Shown in pieces: positions 29,236 through 37,328 of a stretch of 64,000 bases of DNA. Positions within the stretch are counted from its first letter, which is position 1. Every line of letters begins with the position of its first letter. The stretch lies in NCBI GenBank assembly GCA_002483345.1, contig DLHS01000015.1, positions 41,117 to 105,116 of the forward strand, written 5' to 3'. Source of the stretch: Bacteroidetes bacterium UBA7662. GTDB taxonomy: Bacteria; Bacteroidota; Bacteroidia; UBA7662. The notes below the pieces were generated by a model. That model searched no databases. It was given only the letters and a program-made list of their open reading frames with translations, and had not been told where the DNA came from. Made by a program: the position numbers and the translations under genes.

Positions 29236-30120
29236 ATGCAAACATTCAGTTATCGTTTGCAGTATTTTTTGCTGTATCTGTTTTCCCTGCTGCCTTACCG
29301 GCTGCTGTATCTGCTGAGTGATGTATTTTTTGTGCTTAACTACTACCTCGTTGGTTATAGACGAAAAGTAGTCTTTCAGAACCTGAGAAATAGCTTTCCT
29401 GATAAATCAGAAAAGGAAATAAGAATCATTGCCCGGAAGTTCTACCATTATCTGAGCGATCAGTTTGTGGAAACATTCAAAACACTCAGCATTTCTGAGG
29501 AAGAGCTTGACCGCAGAGTCGTATTGCTTAATCCCGAAGTAATGAACAAGCTGTATGAAAAAGGTCAGAGTGTGGTGCATTTGCTTGGCCACCACGCCAA
29601 CTGGGAATGGTATGCCAAACAACTGGCCCGTAAAACCCGACACCAGCTCTTTTTTGTTTACAAGCCACTCAGTAACAAAGGCATGGACAAGGTGCTGATA
29701 GCCCTGCGTTCCCGTTTTGGTGTAATGGCTGTACCCATGAAGGAGGTCTTCAAAACCATCGAAAGCTATACCGAAAGACCCCATGCAAGCTTTTTCGGGG
29801 GCGATCAATCCCCCATGCGGCATAACAAATACATCTGGACGACCTTTATGCATCAGGAAACTGCAGTTTATCTGGGGGCAGAAAGTATCGCCAGGCAATA
29901 CAACGAAGCCGTGGTTTTCGGGAAAATGCGTCGGCTGAAAAGAGGGTATTATTCCATTGAATTAAGCCTGATTACCGATGTACCTTTGCAAACAGCTCCG
30001 GGAGAAATTACGGTGGCACATACGAAAGCCCTTGAAAGTCTGTTGCAGGAACAGCCTGAGTACTGGTTATGGTCGCACAAACGCTGGAAGTTTAAAAAAT
30101 CGGAAGTAGAAAATGTCTGA
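29236..30120 (+). CDS. lipid A biosynthesis (Kdo2-lipid IVA) acyltransferase, LpxL/HtrB family
   Basis: N-terminal TM segment plus HHANWEW (HX4D-like acyltransferase) motif. Confidence 0.7.
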   Translation: MQTFSYRLQYFLLYLFSLLPYRLLYLLSDVFFVLNYYLVGYRRKVVFQNLRNSFPDKSEKEIRIIARKFYHYLSDQFVETFKTLSISEEELDRRVVLLNPEVMNKLYEKGQSVVHLLGHHANWEWYAKQLARKTRHQLFFVYKPLSNKGMDKVLIALRSRFGVMAVPMKEVFKTIESYTERPHASFFGGDQSPMRHNKYIWTTFMHQETAVYLGAESIARQYNEAVVFGKMRRLKRGYYSIELSLITDVPLQTAPGEITVAHTKALESLLQEQPEYWLWSHKRWKFKKSEVENV

Positions 30121-31171
30121 ATACCCTGAAGTAGCAGTTGTCATTCTGAACTGGAATGGAAAAAAGCATCTGGAAACCTATTTGCCGAGTGTTTTAGACA
30201 CTGTTTACCCCGACTGGAAGTTGTATGTAATCGACAATAACTCTACCGACGATTCCATTGCCTTTCTGAAGGCAAATTATGCTGCCAGGCTTGAGTTGAT
30301 CTGCCTGAAAGAAAATTTCGGCTATGCAGGGGGTTATAACGAAGGTTTGAAGCAAATCCCTGCCCGTTTTTATGTGTTGCTCAACAGCGATGTCGCGGTG
30401 AAATCGGATTGGCTGGACCGCCCGGTGGCGCTGATGAAACAGCATGACGACATAGCGGCTGTGCAGCCTAAAATCCTTTCCTGGATCGAGCCTGCGTTTT
30501 TTGAATATGCAGGTGCTGCTGGGGGCTATATCGACCGTTGGGGATATCCGTTTTGCGCCGGCAGGGTTTTTCAGGAGGTAGAGAGAGATTTGGGGCAATA
30601 CGACTATGAAAAGGAAGTATTCTGGGTGTCAGGAGCCTGTATGTTTGTGCGCGCAGATGTTTTCTGGAAGGTTGGCGCCCTGGATGCAGATTATTTTGCA
30701 CACATGGAAGAAATTGACCTGTGCTGGCGGATGCACAATGCCGGGTACAAGGCAGTACAAACCCATTTGAGCGTGGTTTACCACCTTGGAGGAGGGTCTT
30801 TGTCGTATGGTAACCCGCGAAAAACCTACCTTAATTTCAGAAACAGCCTCATTACGCTGCAAAAAAACCTGCCCGGCTGGCAGATGTGGCTGTCGGTTTT
30901 CATGCGTATGATACTCGATTTCCCGGCTGCCATGAAGTTTTTACTCAGTGGCTCGAAGGCAGATTTTATGGCGGTACTGAACGCGCACCAGGCTTTTTAC
31001 CGCGACTTTGGCAAAAACCACCGGAAACGGAAGCTCATTCCCCGGAAAAAGAAAAAATCATCTTTCAAAACCATTTACCCCGGCAGTGTGGTGGTAGCCT
31101 ATTTCGGCTTGCAACGCAAACGGTTTCCCGGCTTTGTGTCTTTTAACAAACGAAAAGAAACAGCTGCCTAA
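30113..31171 (+). CDS. glycosyltransferase family 2
   Basis: VVILNWNGKKHLETYLPSV...YVIDNNSTDDS...DxD (LNSDVAV). Confidence 0.8.
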   Translation: MSEYPEVAVVILNWNGKKHLETYLPSVLDTVYPDWKLYVIDNNSTDDSIAFLKANYAARLELICLKENFGYAGGYNEGLKQIPARFYVLLNSDVAVKSDWLDRPVALMKQHDDIAAVQPKILSWIEPAFFEYAGAAGGYIDRWGYPFCAGRVFQEVERDLGQYDYEKEVFWVSGACMFVRADVFWKVGALDADYFAHMEEIDLCWRMHNAGYKAVQTHLSVVYHLGGGSLSYGNPRKTYLNFRNSLITLQKNLPGWQMWLSVFMRMILDFPAAMKFLLSGSKADFMAVLNAHQAFYRDFGKNHRKRKLIPRKKKKSSFKTIYPGSVVVAYFGLQRKRFPGFVSFNKRKETAA

Positions 31172-31599
31172 GCCAACCGGACACTTTCAAGTGCCAGTCG
31201 GTAGGAGTTGAGCCCAAAGCCACTCACAATGCCTTTACAATGCGCCGAAAGGAAGGAGTGATGCCTGAAACTTTCACGGGCATGCGGATTGGAAATGTGC
31301 ACTTCAATGACCGGCGTTTTGATGGCGGCTACCGCATCTCCCAAAGCAACGCTGGTATGGGTATAACCTCCTGCATTGAAGAGGATGCAGCCCCATTCAA
31401 AGCCTGCCTCATGTAATTTATTGATCAGCTCACCTTCTACATTACTCTGGTAATAAGTGAGCTCCATTTCGGTAAATTCTGCCTTTAAGGTCTCCAAATA
31501 AGCCTCAAAGGACTCACTTCCATAGATTTCAGGCTCTCTTTTACCCAATAAATTGAGGTTAGGGCCATTGAGGATGAGTATGCGGGTTTTCTGTTTCAC
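31168..31599 (-). CDS. aroQ: 3-dehydroquinate dehydratase, type II
   Basis: ILILNGPNLNLLGKREPEIYG...HISNPHARE signature. GTG start at 31599 chosen (the ORF-track N-terminal extension overlaps xerD). Confidence 0.8.
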   Translation of the reverse strand: MKQKTRILILNGPNLNLLGKREPEIYGSESFEAYLETLKAEFTEMELTYYQSNVEGELINKLHEAGFEWGCILFNAGGYTHTSVALGDAVAAIKTPVIEVHISNPHARESFRHHSFLSAHCKGIVSGFGLNSYRLALESVRLA

Positions 31600-31641
31600 A
31601 GGGGAAATAAACGATATTGTGGCGAAGTAAGTTAAAATTAA

Positions 31642-32541
31642 GTGAACTGGGAAGCTGAAATCAAAGGATTCAAAGCATATCTCCAATTGGAGCGCTCTTT
31701 GTCGCCCAATACGGTGGAGGCTTACAGCAATGATATCGGTAAACTGGCACAGTATGCTGCCATGCAGCCCGGTCAGCCATCTTACCGCCAGCTCAAACAT
31801 CCCGATTTGCAGCGATTTCTGGAATGGATTAATGGTTTTCAGCTGACGGAAACCAGTCAGGCCCGTATTATCTCAGGTATCAAGGGTTTTTACCGCTATG
31901 CCGTATTGGAGGGCCTCATGCAGGAAAACCCCGCCGATCTGCTCGAAATGCCCCGCCTCAAACGAAAATTGCCGGAGGTACTTTCATTGGAAGAAATCAA
32001 CGAAATGCTGAGTTGTATCGATATGAGCAAACCCGAAGGACATCGCAACAAGGCACTGCTGGAGACATTGTATGGTTGCGGTCTGCGCGTAACGGAATTG
32101 ATAGATTTAAAATTATCCAACTTGTTTTTTCAGGCCGGCTTTATCCGGGTGGTAGGAAAAGGAGATAAAGAACGGATTGTTCCTATCGGCCAGGAGGCAC
32201 AAAAGGCCATCCAATGGTATGTTGACAGTCAGCGTAAAACGCTGAAAATTAAAAAAGGGCAGGAAGACTTTGTGTTTCTCAGCCGTAATGGCAGACAGCT
32301 CACCCGTGTCATGGTGTTTTTTATCATCAAAGAGCTCGCATCTCTGGCCGGTATTCATAAAAAAATAAGTCCGCATACCTTCCGGCATTCTTTTGCAACC
32401 CATCTGGTAGAAGCCGGAGCCGATTTGCGGGCGGTGCAGGATATGCTGGGCCATGAGAGCATCACCACCACCGAAATTTACACCCACATCAGCCGCGACT
32501 ACCTGCGAGAAGTTGTCATGAAATACCACCCCAGAGGATGA
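31642..32541 (+). CDS. xerD: site-specific tyrosine recombinase XerD
   Basis: N-terminal core-binding domain (YLQLERSLSPNTVEAYSNDI) and catalytic RHSFATHLVEAGADLRAVQDMLGHESITTTEIYTH. Confidence 0.8.
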   Translation: MNWEAEIKGFKAYLQLERSLSPNTVEAYSNDIGKLAQYAAMQPGQPSYRQLKHPDLQRFLEWINGFQLTETSQARIISGIKGFYRYAVLEGLMQENPADLLEMPRLKRKLPEVLSLEEINEMLSCIDMSKPEGHRNKALLETLYGCGLRVTELIDLKLSNLFFQAGFIRVVGKGDKERIVPIGQEAQKAIQWYVDSQRKTLKIKKGQEDFVFLSRNGRQLTRVMVFFIIKELASLAGIHKKISPHTFRHSFATHLVEAGADLRAVQDMLGHESITTTEIYTHISRDYLREVVMKYHPRG

Positions 32542-33356
32542 ACCAACATTATCACCCGCTTACATCAAACGCCTTTGCCCTGATTACAGGTGCGAGTACC
32601 GGACTGGGAGCTGCTTTTGCCGCGCGTTTGGCAAAAGCAGGGAAACCCCTGTTGCTGGTGGCCTTGCCAGGAGAACAATTACAGGAGAAAGCTGCCGCCT
32701 TAAAACAAACTTTTGGGGTAGAAGTAATTGCCCTGGAAATCGATCTGACCCATGAAAATGGCCTGCAAGCACTCTTTCAGCAGTGTACTGACGCCGGCTG
32801 GCCCATTGACATGCTACTCAATAATGCCGGAGTAGGTGGCAGTCAGCCTTTTGAAACAGCATCGTCGGTCTGGCTTGAAAAAATCATCAGTTTGAACGTT
32901 TTGGCGACCACTTTGCTGACACAACATTTTCTACCGGTACTCAAAGCACAACCACGCGCCCTTATCCTGAATGTATCCAGCATGGCGGCTTTTACACCCA
33001 TGCCCTATAAAATGGTGTATCCTGCCAGCAAAGCTTTCGTAACCAGTTTTTCGATGGGTTTGGATGCTGAACTGCGTGCCAGCACGAATGTCCGGGTGTT
33101 TTGCCTGCATCCCGGTGGTATGAAGACCAATGAGGATGTCTCGGCCCGGCTCAGCAGGCAAAGCTGGCTGGGAAAACAAACGGTATTACCAGTCGACAGG
33201 ATAGTGGATATCAGTCTCAATGCCATCTGGTCTGATAAGACTGTAATCGTGCCCGGCTGGGCCAACCGGATGAACTACTGGTTGTTCAAATTTTTACCCT
33301 GGTCGGTCAGGAGCAGGGCCTTGGTAAAGTTTATGAAACGAGAGCTTAATCTCTGA
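32538..33356 (+). CDS. SDR family oxidoreductase
   Basis: ITGASTGLG ... YPASKAF. Confidence 0.8.
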   Translation: MNQHYHPLTSNAFALITGASTGLGAAFAARLAKAGKPLLLVALPGEQLQEKAAALKQTFGVEVIALEIDLTHENGLQALFQQCTDAGWPIDMLLNNAGVGGSQPFETASSVWLEKIISLNVLATTLLTQHFLPVLKAQPRALILNVSSMAAFTPMPYKMVYPASKAFVTSFSMGLDAELRASTNVRVFCLHPGGMKTNEDVSARLSRQSWLGKQTVLPVDRIVDISLNAIWSDKTVIVPGWANRMNYWLFKFLPWSVRSRALVKFMKRELNL

Positions 33357-33357
33357 A

Positions 33358-33720
33358 TCAGGGATTTTCATCTATCCAGAGGGCTTCAAAGAGCGTGGCA
33401 GTAAGCTGCGCAGCATCTATTTCCGCCAGGGAATAAAAATGTTGCAGGGCAACCTGTTTACGGTTGGCCATTTCCAGTGCTCCCTTTTCATTTGAAAGTT
33501 TGTGCCCTTCGCACCAGCCCAGCAGTACCCCTTTGTCGGGGCCCCATTTCACGCCTGCCGGCCACAAAAAGCAGACTCTTTTTTTGCCGAAATAATAGGG
33601 TACCCCGTAGGATAATCTTTCATCCAGTTCGGGCGCGTGATCCTGAATAAGCCTGCGCAGCGTTAACAAGATACCGCGTTCCGGCTCGTCTATCCCATAA
33701 AACCAATCTTCGGCTATCAT
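33358..33720 (-). CDS. DUF1801 (YdhG-like) domain protein
   Basis: 120-aa protein with the typical DUF1801 pattern (ERLSYGVPYY...). Confidence 0.6.
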   Translation of the reverse strand: MIAEDWFYGIDEPERGILLTLRRLIQDHAPELDERLSYGVPYYFGKKRVCFLWPAGVKWGPDKGVLLGWCEGHKLSNEKGALEMANRKQVALQHFYSLAEIDAAQLTATLFEALWIDENP

Positions 33721-33724
33721 TTAG

Positions 33725-33767
33725 CTAAAAAACAAAAAATCCCGTTTCCAACGGGCAGAAACGGGAT
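33725..33767 (-). terminator. rho-independent terminator downstream of fsa/tal
   Basis: Stem ATCCCGTTTC / GAAACGGGAT followed on the minus strand by TTTTTGTTTTTT. Confidence 0.5.
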
Positions 33768-33787
33768 GTTTAATTGGAACGGTTTGA

Positions 33788-34447
33788 CTACGCCTTGTTG
33801 GCTTTGGCGTGGTCGGCCAGGAATTGAGCCAGTCCTTTTTCAGTAAGCGGGTGGTTCAGCAGGCCGGTGATGGCGCTCAGCGGGCAGGTTACAACGTCGG
33901 CACCTACTTCAGCACATTTAACAATGTGGAGGCTGTTGCGAACGGATGCAGCGAGTACTTCTGTCTCCCAGCCATTGATGGTGTAAATGCGTACAATCTG
34001 TTCAATGAGTTGAATACCATCGAACGAAATGTCGTCGAGACGGCCCATGAAGGGAGATACATAGGTAGCGCCGGCTTTGGCCGCCAGTATGGCTTGTCCG
34101 GGACTGAATACCAGGGTACAATTGGTTTTGATGCCCTTGCTGCTGAAATATTTGATGGCTTTCACGCCGTCGGCAATCATGGGGACTTTTACCACGATTT
34201 TTTCGTCCAGTGCAGCCAGTTTTTCACCTTCTGCGATCATGCCGGCCAGATCGGTGCTGATAACTTCGGCACTTACATCACCATCTACAATGTTGCAGAT
34301 GGCTTTGTAGTGATTAAGGACATTGACTTCCCCGGAGATGCCTTCTTTGGCCATGAGAGAAGGGTTGGTGGTTACCCCGTCGAGTACCCCGAGCGCATGG
34401 GCTTCGCGAATCTGGTCGAGGTTGGCGGTATCGATGAAAAATTTCAT
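33788..34447 (-). CDS. fsa: fructose-6-phosphate aldolase / transaldolase family (TalC/Fsa type)
   Basis: MKFFIDTANLDQIRE...GVTTNPSL...Schiff-base Lys region; 219 aa. Confidence 0.85.
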   Translation of the reverse strand: MKFFIDTANLDQIREAHALGVLDGVTTNPSLMAKEGISGEVNVLNHYKAICNIVDGDVSAEVISTDLAGMIAEGEKLAALDEKIVVKVPMIADGVKAIKYFSSKGIKTNCTLVFSPGQAILAAKAGATYVSPFMGRLDDISFDGIQLIEQIVRIYTINGWETEVLAASVRNSLHIVKCAEVGADVVTCPLSAITGLLNHPLTEKGLAQFLADHAKANKA

Positions 34448-34834
34448 GGGTTGGATATTAATCTTTGGGAAGTGGCTGTTTGTCAGCTCAAAATAAGATT
34501 CTTATTTGATTTGAGCAGCAGGGAAGTAGAGAGAACAGGAAGGGATGCTGTAACGGAAGAACTATGGGCTGCATCTTCAAACCTGCGCATTCGGATGTCC
34601 TGTTTTCGGTGACGGAAAAAATAAAAAAGGGGTAAGCTACTTGCATCGCACCGCTCAACCGCCTACCCTTGCTGTATTCCTACCCTGGGGGATTCAGCAG
34701 GAGCTGGTCGTACAAGACTTACCCCAGGCGCAAAGGTACGCCTTTACTGCTTTTTTGCAGCCGGAAGTACAGAATTTCATAAGCATCAGCTTTTCAGCAG
34801 GATAAGATTGGTTTTTTCTCAATCATGGAATTTT

Positions 34835-34895
34835 TGTAAAGTTTACTTGTCAATATGTAAAGTTTACTTAACTTTGTAAAGTAAACTTGACAATC
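34835..34895 (+). promoter_or_regulatory. promoter/operator: three ~23-bp repeats TGTAAAGT(TT/AA)ACTTG(T/A)CAAT spaced 21 and 19 bp apart, overlapping a -33 TTG (34847) and -7 TAACTTTG (34869..34876)
   Basis: Direct repeats at 34835, 34856, 34875; the third copy carries the internal palindromic halves flipped; lies immediately upstream of the DUF2975-XRE operon. Confidence 0.5.
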
Positions 34896-35357
34896 ATGAA
34901 AACAAATTTGCTTTTTTCAAACCGTTTAAGGCCTTTTGGCTGGTTATTGTTGCTGCCCGGTCTGGCATTAGGGGTGGCACAGATGTACTTCGAGTTCGAA
35001 CTTACCTTCCTTGATTTCAGCAACAGCTGGCTGGAAAGAATTTATGTGAAGGATCTTTTTAGTGGTAATCTGAATTTAACGGATGAGTTGGCTGCCATCG
35101 GTATTATTGCCGGACTGATGGTACTGGTTTTTTCAGCAGAAAAACTGGAAGATGAATGGAGCAGCAGTCTGCGCCTGCGCGCCCTCAGCTGGGCGGTGTG
35201 GGTGCATTACGCGATCCTGACCATCGCTATATTACTGGTTCATGGAACTTCGTTTTTTAATGTGCTGGTCTACAATATCTTCACTTTATTAGTTGTTTTC
35301 GGGCTGAGATTCCGTTATCTGCTCTGGAAGGCAAGTCAAAGCGGGGAGGAAGCATGA
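34896..35357 (+). CDS. DUF2975-like small membrane protein
   Basis: 4 TM helices; conserved pairing with a downstream XRE regulator (4-nt overlap). Confidence 0.6.
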   Translation: MKTNLLFSNRLRPFGWLLLLPGLALGVAQMYFEFELTFLDFSNSWLERIYVKDLFSGNLNLTDELAAIGIIAGLMVLVFSAEKLEDEWSSSLRLRALSWAVWVHYAILTIAILLVHGTSFFNVLVYNIFTLLVVFGLRFRYLLWKASQSGEEA

Positions 35358-35557
35358 TTAATGCAGTGAAGCAGGCAAGGATGGAAAAGCAGCTCACACA
35401 AAGTGAGTTGGCTGTTTTGCTGGGGGTTTCCAGGCAAACCATTCATTCCATAGAGTCATCCCGCTATGTTCCTTCTACCGTTCTGGCGCTTAAGCTGGCG
35501 CAGGTGCTGGGAAAAGCTGTTGAACAGCTTTTCCAACTGGAGTCTTCTGATAGTTGA
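35354..35557 (+). CDS. XRE-family HTH transcriptional regulator (YozG-like)
   Basis: LTQSELAVLLGVSRQTIHSIESSRYVPS HTH. Confidence 0.85.
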   Translation: MINAVKQARMEKQLTQSELAVLLGVSRQTIHSIESSRYVPSTVLALKLAQVLGKAVEQLFQLESSDS

Positions 35558-35617
35558 GATAAAAAGCAAACATTTTACAGGCGCTGACCTTATTTTTGAC
35601 AGTCATAAGCCTTTATC

Positions 35618-37243
35618 ATGAACCTGGAATTCAACAAAAACGAAGACGAGTACAAGCAGCTGATGTATAAATACAAAGTCCGCTTCGAGCAAATCAAAAA
35701 GGGCGGTGGTGACAAAGCCATTGCGAAGTTGCACGAAAAAGGGAAACTGACTGCCCGTGAACGCATCGCTTTGTTGATAGACAAGGGTACAGAACCGCTG
35801 GAAGTAGGTGGATTTGCCGGCGAAGGCATGTATGCTGAGCACGGCGGCTGTCCTTCCGGTGGTGTGGTGGTGGTGGTGGCCTACGTGAGCAAACGCCTTT
35901 GTGTGATTGTAGCCAATGATGCCACTGTTAAGGCCGGCGCCTGGTTTCCAATCACCGGGAAAAAGAACCTCAGGGCCCAGGAAATAGCGATGGAGAACAA
36001 AATACCTATCATCTATCTGGTCGACAGTGCGGGGGTTTATCTGCCTATGCAGGATGAAATTTTCCCGGACAAGGAACATTTCGGTCGCATTTTCAGGAAC
36101 AATGCCATCATGTCGTCGGAAGGCATCGTTCAGATTGCCGCAGTGATGGGTTCGTGTGTGGCAGGGGGTGCTTATCTGCCGATTATGTCGGATGAGGCAC
36201 TCATTGTAGATAAAACGGGCAGTATCTTTCTGGCAGGCTCTTATCTGGTAAAAGCCGCCATCGGGGAAGATATCGATAATGAACTGCTGGGTGGCGCTAC
36301 CACACACTGCGAAATCAGCGGGGTGACAGACTACAAAATGCCCGACGACAAAACCTGCCTGGAAACCATCCGCAAGCTGGTAGACAAGCTGGGGCATGGT
36401 GATAAGACCGGCTACGACCGTGTTAAACCAGCCGCGCCAAAGAAAAATCCGGCTGATATTTACGGCCTTTTCCCCGTGAGTGGAAAGCCGTATGATGTAA
36501 CGGAAGTAATTGAACGTCTGGTAGATGATTCAGACTTTACGCCTTATAAGGAAGCCTATGGCCAGACCATTGTCTGTGGTTATGCCCGCATCGACGGCTG
36601 GGCAGTAGGAATTGTGGCCAACCAGCGTAAAATTGTAAAAAGCAAAAAGGGGGAGATGCAGATCGGCGGGGTGATCTACTCCGATTCGGCCGACAAAGCG
36701 ACCCGTTTTATCGCCAATTGCAATCAGAAGAAGATACCGCTGGTGTTTTTGCAGGATGTGACCGGTTTTATGGTCGGCAGTCGCTCGGAACATGGTGGTA
36801 TCATCAAAGACGGTGCGAAAATGGTTAATGCCGTGGCCAATTCCGTGGTACCCAAGTTCACCATTGTAACCGGGAACTCCTATGGAGCCGGCAATTATGC
36901 GATGTGTGGCAAAGCCTACGATCCCCGCCTGATTTACGCCTGGCCAACAGCAAAAATGGCCGTTATGGGTGGGGAGCAGGCGGCTAAAGTATTGCTGCAG
37001 ATCAATGTCAGTGCGGCCAAATCCAAAGGAGAACTGATTACCCCGGAGGCGGAGGCAGAAATGCTCAAAACCATTACCGACCGTTATACCAGCCAGACCA
37101 CGCCTGAGTATGCTGCTGCCCGTTTATGGGTAGATGGTATCATTGATCCGCTGGAAACCCGTAAAGTTATCAGCATGGGCATAGAAGCAGCCAATCACGC
37201 GCCCATTACGAAAAGGTTTAATATGGGTGTGCTGCAGGTATGA
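35618..37243 (+). CDS. acyl-CoA carboxylase carboxyltransferase (beta) subunit (propionyl-/methylcrotonyl-CoA carboxylase type)
   Basis: Two crotonase-fold CT domains; 541 aa; GGVVVVVA and later conserved CT blocks. Confidence 0.85.
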   Translation: MNLEFNKNEDEYKQLMYKYKVRFEQIKKGGGDKAIAKLHEKGKLTARERIALLIDKGTEPLEVGGFAGEGMYAEHGGCPSGGVVVVVAYVSKRLCVIVANDATVKAGAWFPITGKKNLRAQEIAMENKIPIIYLVDSAGVYLPMQDEIFPDKEHFGRIFRNNAIMSSEGIVQIAAVMGSCVAGGAYLPIMSDEALIVDKTGSIFLAGSYLVKAAIGEDIDNELLGGATTHCEISGVTDYKMPDDKTCLETIRKLVDKLGHGDKTGYDRVKPAAPKKNPADIYGLFPVSGKPYDVTEVIERLVDDSDFTPYKEAYGQTIVCGYARIDGWAVGIVANQRKIVKSKKGEMQIGGVIYSDSADKATRFIANCNQKKIPLVFLQDVTGFMVGSRSEHGGIIKDGAKMVNAVANSVVPKFTIVTGNSYGAGNYAMCGKAYDPRLIYAWPTAKMAVMGGEQAAKVLLQINVSAAKSKGELITPEAEAEMLKTITDRYTSQTTPEYAAARLWVDGIIDPLETRKVISMGIEAANHAPITKRFNMGVLQV

Positions 37244-37255
37244 GTTTGTAAGGAC

Positions 37256-37325
37256 GGGAGTGGAGATGGGAGTGTGGAGATGGGAGTATAAAGTTTTCTC
37301 TACTCTTCACGCTCCCATCTCCATA
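37256..37325. repeat. hairpin made of two tandem TGGAGATGGGAGT units plus one inverted copy, filling the convergent intergenic gap
   Basis: TGGAGATGGGAGTGTGGAGATGGGAGTAT ... GCTCCCATCTCCATA; ends 4 bp from the stop of the actin-like gene. Confidence 0.5.
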
Positions 37326-37328
37326 TTC

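Noticed and set aside
31642-32541. Tyrosine recombinase as a marker of an integrative element
   Set aside because: The N-terminal and catalytic motifs match housekeeping XerD, and the flanks are aroQ and an SDR, not cargo genes.
34448-34628. Riboswitch upstream of tal
   Set aside because: No TPP, SAM, cobalamin or glycine riboswitch core sequences were recognisable. Only the downstream hairpin/terminator structure was kept, as a candidate sRNA.
35603-36397. 264-aa ORF antisense to the carboxyltransferase gene (contains a His-run GHHHHHTTG)
   Set aside because: Shadow ORF of a well-supported gene on the other strand. The His-run is just the complement of the GGVVVVVA codons.
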